Origin: a virus
Reading direction: 5' to 3' (one strand)
DNA: 32,221 bases
IMG/VR virus record: IMGVR_UViG_3300025860_000002
Both the position numbers and the translations under genes were made by a program. Below are positions 31,306 through 32,221 of this stretch, one piece after another; within the stretch, counting starts at the first letter, position 1; the number at the start of each line of letters is the position of its first letter. Below the pieces are notes generated by a model, which saw only the letters and a program-made list of their open reading frames with translations, searched no databases and was not told the DNA's origin.

Positions 31306-31870
31306 ACGCTGCTCACTATGCCGAAAGAAGGTCGAAGCCGAATCAGCGGTGATTGGTAGTCTGAAAGCATTCTGCTCGATGGAGCATCTGATCGAGTTCT
31401 CTCGAAGCTCCGCAGCGAAGAAGATTCACCGATCCGCAGAGAAGAAGGTCGTAAAAGAGACGAAGGAACGGCTCAAGACGCGCTCAGACCGCATGAGAGA
31501 CGCTCAGGCGGCTTTTAACCGCTACATAAGAGCGAGAGACAGGGGAAAGCCGTGTATCTGCTGCGGGCGCTCTCAGGGCGATATAAAGCACGGAGGCGCA
31601 GTCGATGCCGGACACTACCGAAGCAGGGGATCGGCTCCCGGGCTTAAATTTAATTTATTCAACTGCCACAGCCAGCTCGCTTATTGCAATCGGTATCTAT
31701 CGGGGAATGTAGTAGGATACCGGGCAGGGCTGATCGAGAGAATTGGAATGGATCGCGTCGAGCGATTGGAGCAGGACAACTCGCCAAGACGATTCGATGC
31801 CGAGTATCTCGATCGGGTAAAACGCATATTTACAAAAAGAGCTAAATTTTATGAAAGAAAGTTCCGATGA
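31295..31870 (+). CDS. ninG: NinG/Rap-family recombination endonuclease
   Basis: N-terminal C..C...C zinc motif. AFNRYIRARDRGKPCICCG....DAGHYRSRG....NCHSQLAYCN matches the lambda NinG family pattern. Confidence 0.8.
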   Translation: MRTRRCSLCRKKVEAESAVIGSLKAFCSMEHLIEFSRSSAAKKIHRSAEKKVVKETKERLKTRSDRMRDAQAAFNRYIRARDRGKPCICCGRSQGDIKHGGAVDAGHYRSRGSAPGLKFNLFNCHSQLAYCNRYLSGNVVGYRAGLIERIGMDRVERLEQDNSPRRFDAEYLDRVKRIFTKRAKFYERKFR

Positions 31871-32039
31871 TTTCAGCACAAAGTCGTGTATCTGCGGCAG
31901 TATTATGGAGCAAGTTGTCGGGTTTAATCACCGATCCACAGATGACACTTATCAGCCGTATCGAGTCGGATGGTTTTGCACTGATTGCAAAGCATTCGAT
32001 CAGGCTATACTGCGAGAGCGGGAGCTGTCTCTAAAGTAG
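31851..32039 (+). CDS. small zinc-ribbon protein (62 aa)
   Basis: CICG...CTDC cysteine pairs. Overlaps the ninG 3' end by 20 nt. Confidence 0.5.
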   Translation: MKESSDDFSTKSCICGSIMEQVVGFNHRSTDDTYQPYRVGWFCTDCKAFDQAILRERELSLK

Positions 32040-32051
32040 GGCGAGAGCGCT

Positions 32052-32221
32052 ATGTTTGAGGATGAAGATTTGATTGATAAAAGAAAAGAAAAAGACGAGA
32101 TTCGAGCCATTCTCGACAAGCATATTGCCGAGTATATGGCCCGTGGCGGCAAGATTCGCCAGATGGAACCCGGTGCGATTACCGAGAAATTCAATATTCA
32201 CGATGCGTCGTTCGATATTCG
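32052..32221 (+). CDS. 5' part of the junction-spanning 81-aa gene (continues at 128..203 of the circle)
   Basis: ATG 32052 after AGGGCGAGAG. Runs off the window end inside the terminal repeat. Confidence 0.6.
   Translation, partial: MFEDEDLIDKRKEKDEIRAILDKHIAEYMARGGKIRQMEPGAITEKFNIHDASFDI
32095..32221. repeat. 127-bp terminal direct repeat, copy 2
   Basis: Identical to 1..127. Confidence 0.95.

Overview
The window is a complete, circularly closed tailed-phage genome. Bases 1-127 recur exactly at 32095-32221, giving a unique length of 32094 bp. The overlap looks like an assembler k-mer overlap, and one small gene reads through the junction.

All credible genes (about 60) are on the + strand. 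Coding density is very high, with frequent ATGA/TAATG start-stop overlaps and GGAGG-type Shine-Dalgarno sites.

Module order:
- SF2 helicase (781-2277)
- about a dozen small early genes of unknown function (2386-4719)
- a TGT/DpdA-like protein and a SleB-type cell-wall hydrolase
- packaging and head: TerS, TerL, portal, a MuF-family protein with an extra C-terminal HExxH domain, scaffold, major capsid
- neck and siphovirus-type tail: adaptor, closure, DUF4128-like, HK97 gp10-like, tail tube, G/GT chaperone with a -1 frameshift confirmed by reading the sequence, 1056-aa tape measure, tail-tip protein, repeat-containing fibre, AT-rich host-range cassette, fibre-chaperone-like protein
- lysis and miscellaneous: GTA-type 3-TM holin, membrane proteins, HTH-metallophosphoesterase, a second holin-like protein, M15 peptidase
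- recombination and replication: Rad52-like Sak annealase, YqaJ exonuclease, an 83-aa protein ending in the SSB tip DDIPF, small HTH regulator, zinc-ribbon/TOPRIM primase, NinB-like, PD-(D/E)XK nuclease, NinG-like

I saw no integrase, CI-size repressor, DNA polymerase, tRNA, CRISPR array or transposon.

All product calls rest on motifs I recognise by eye, not on searches.

The items most worth follow-up:
1. The 577-nt non-coding, hairpin-dense gap at 204-780.
2. The orphan DpdA/TGT-like gene.
3. The MuF-HExxH polyvalent head protein.
4. The HTH-metallophosphoesterase fusion.
5. The mini protein with an SSB C-terminal tip.
6. The recently swapped low-GC receptor-binding cassette.
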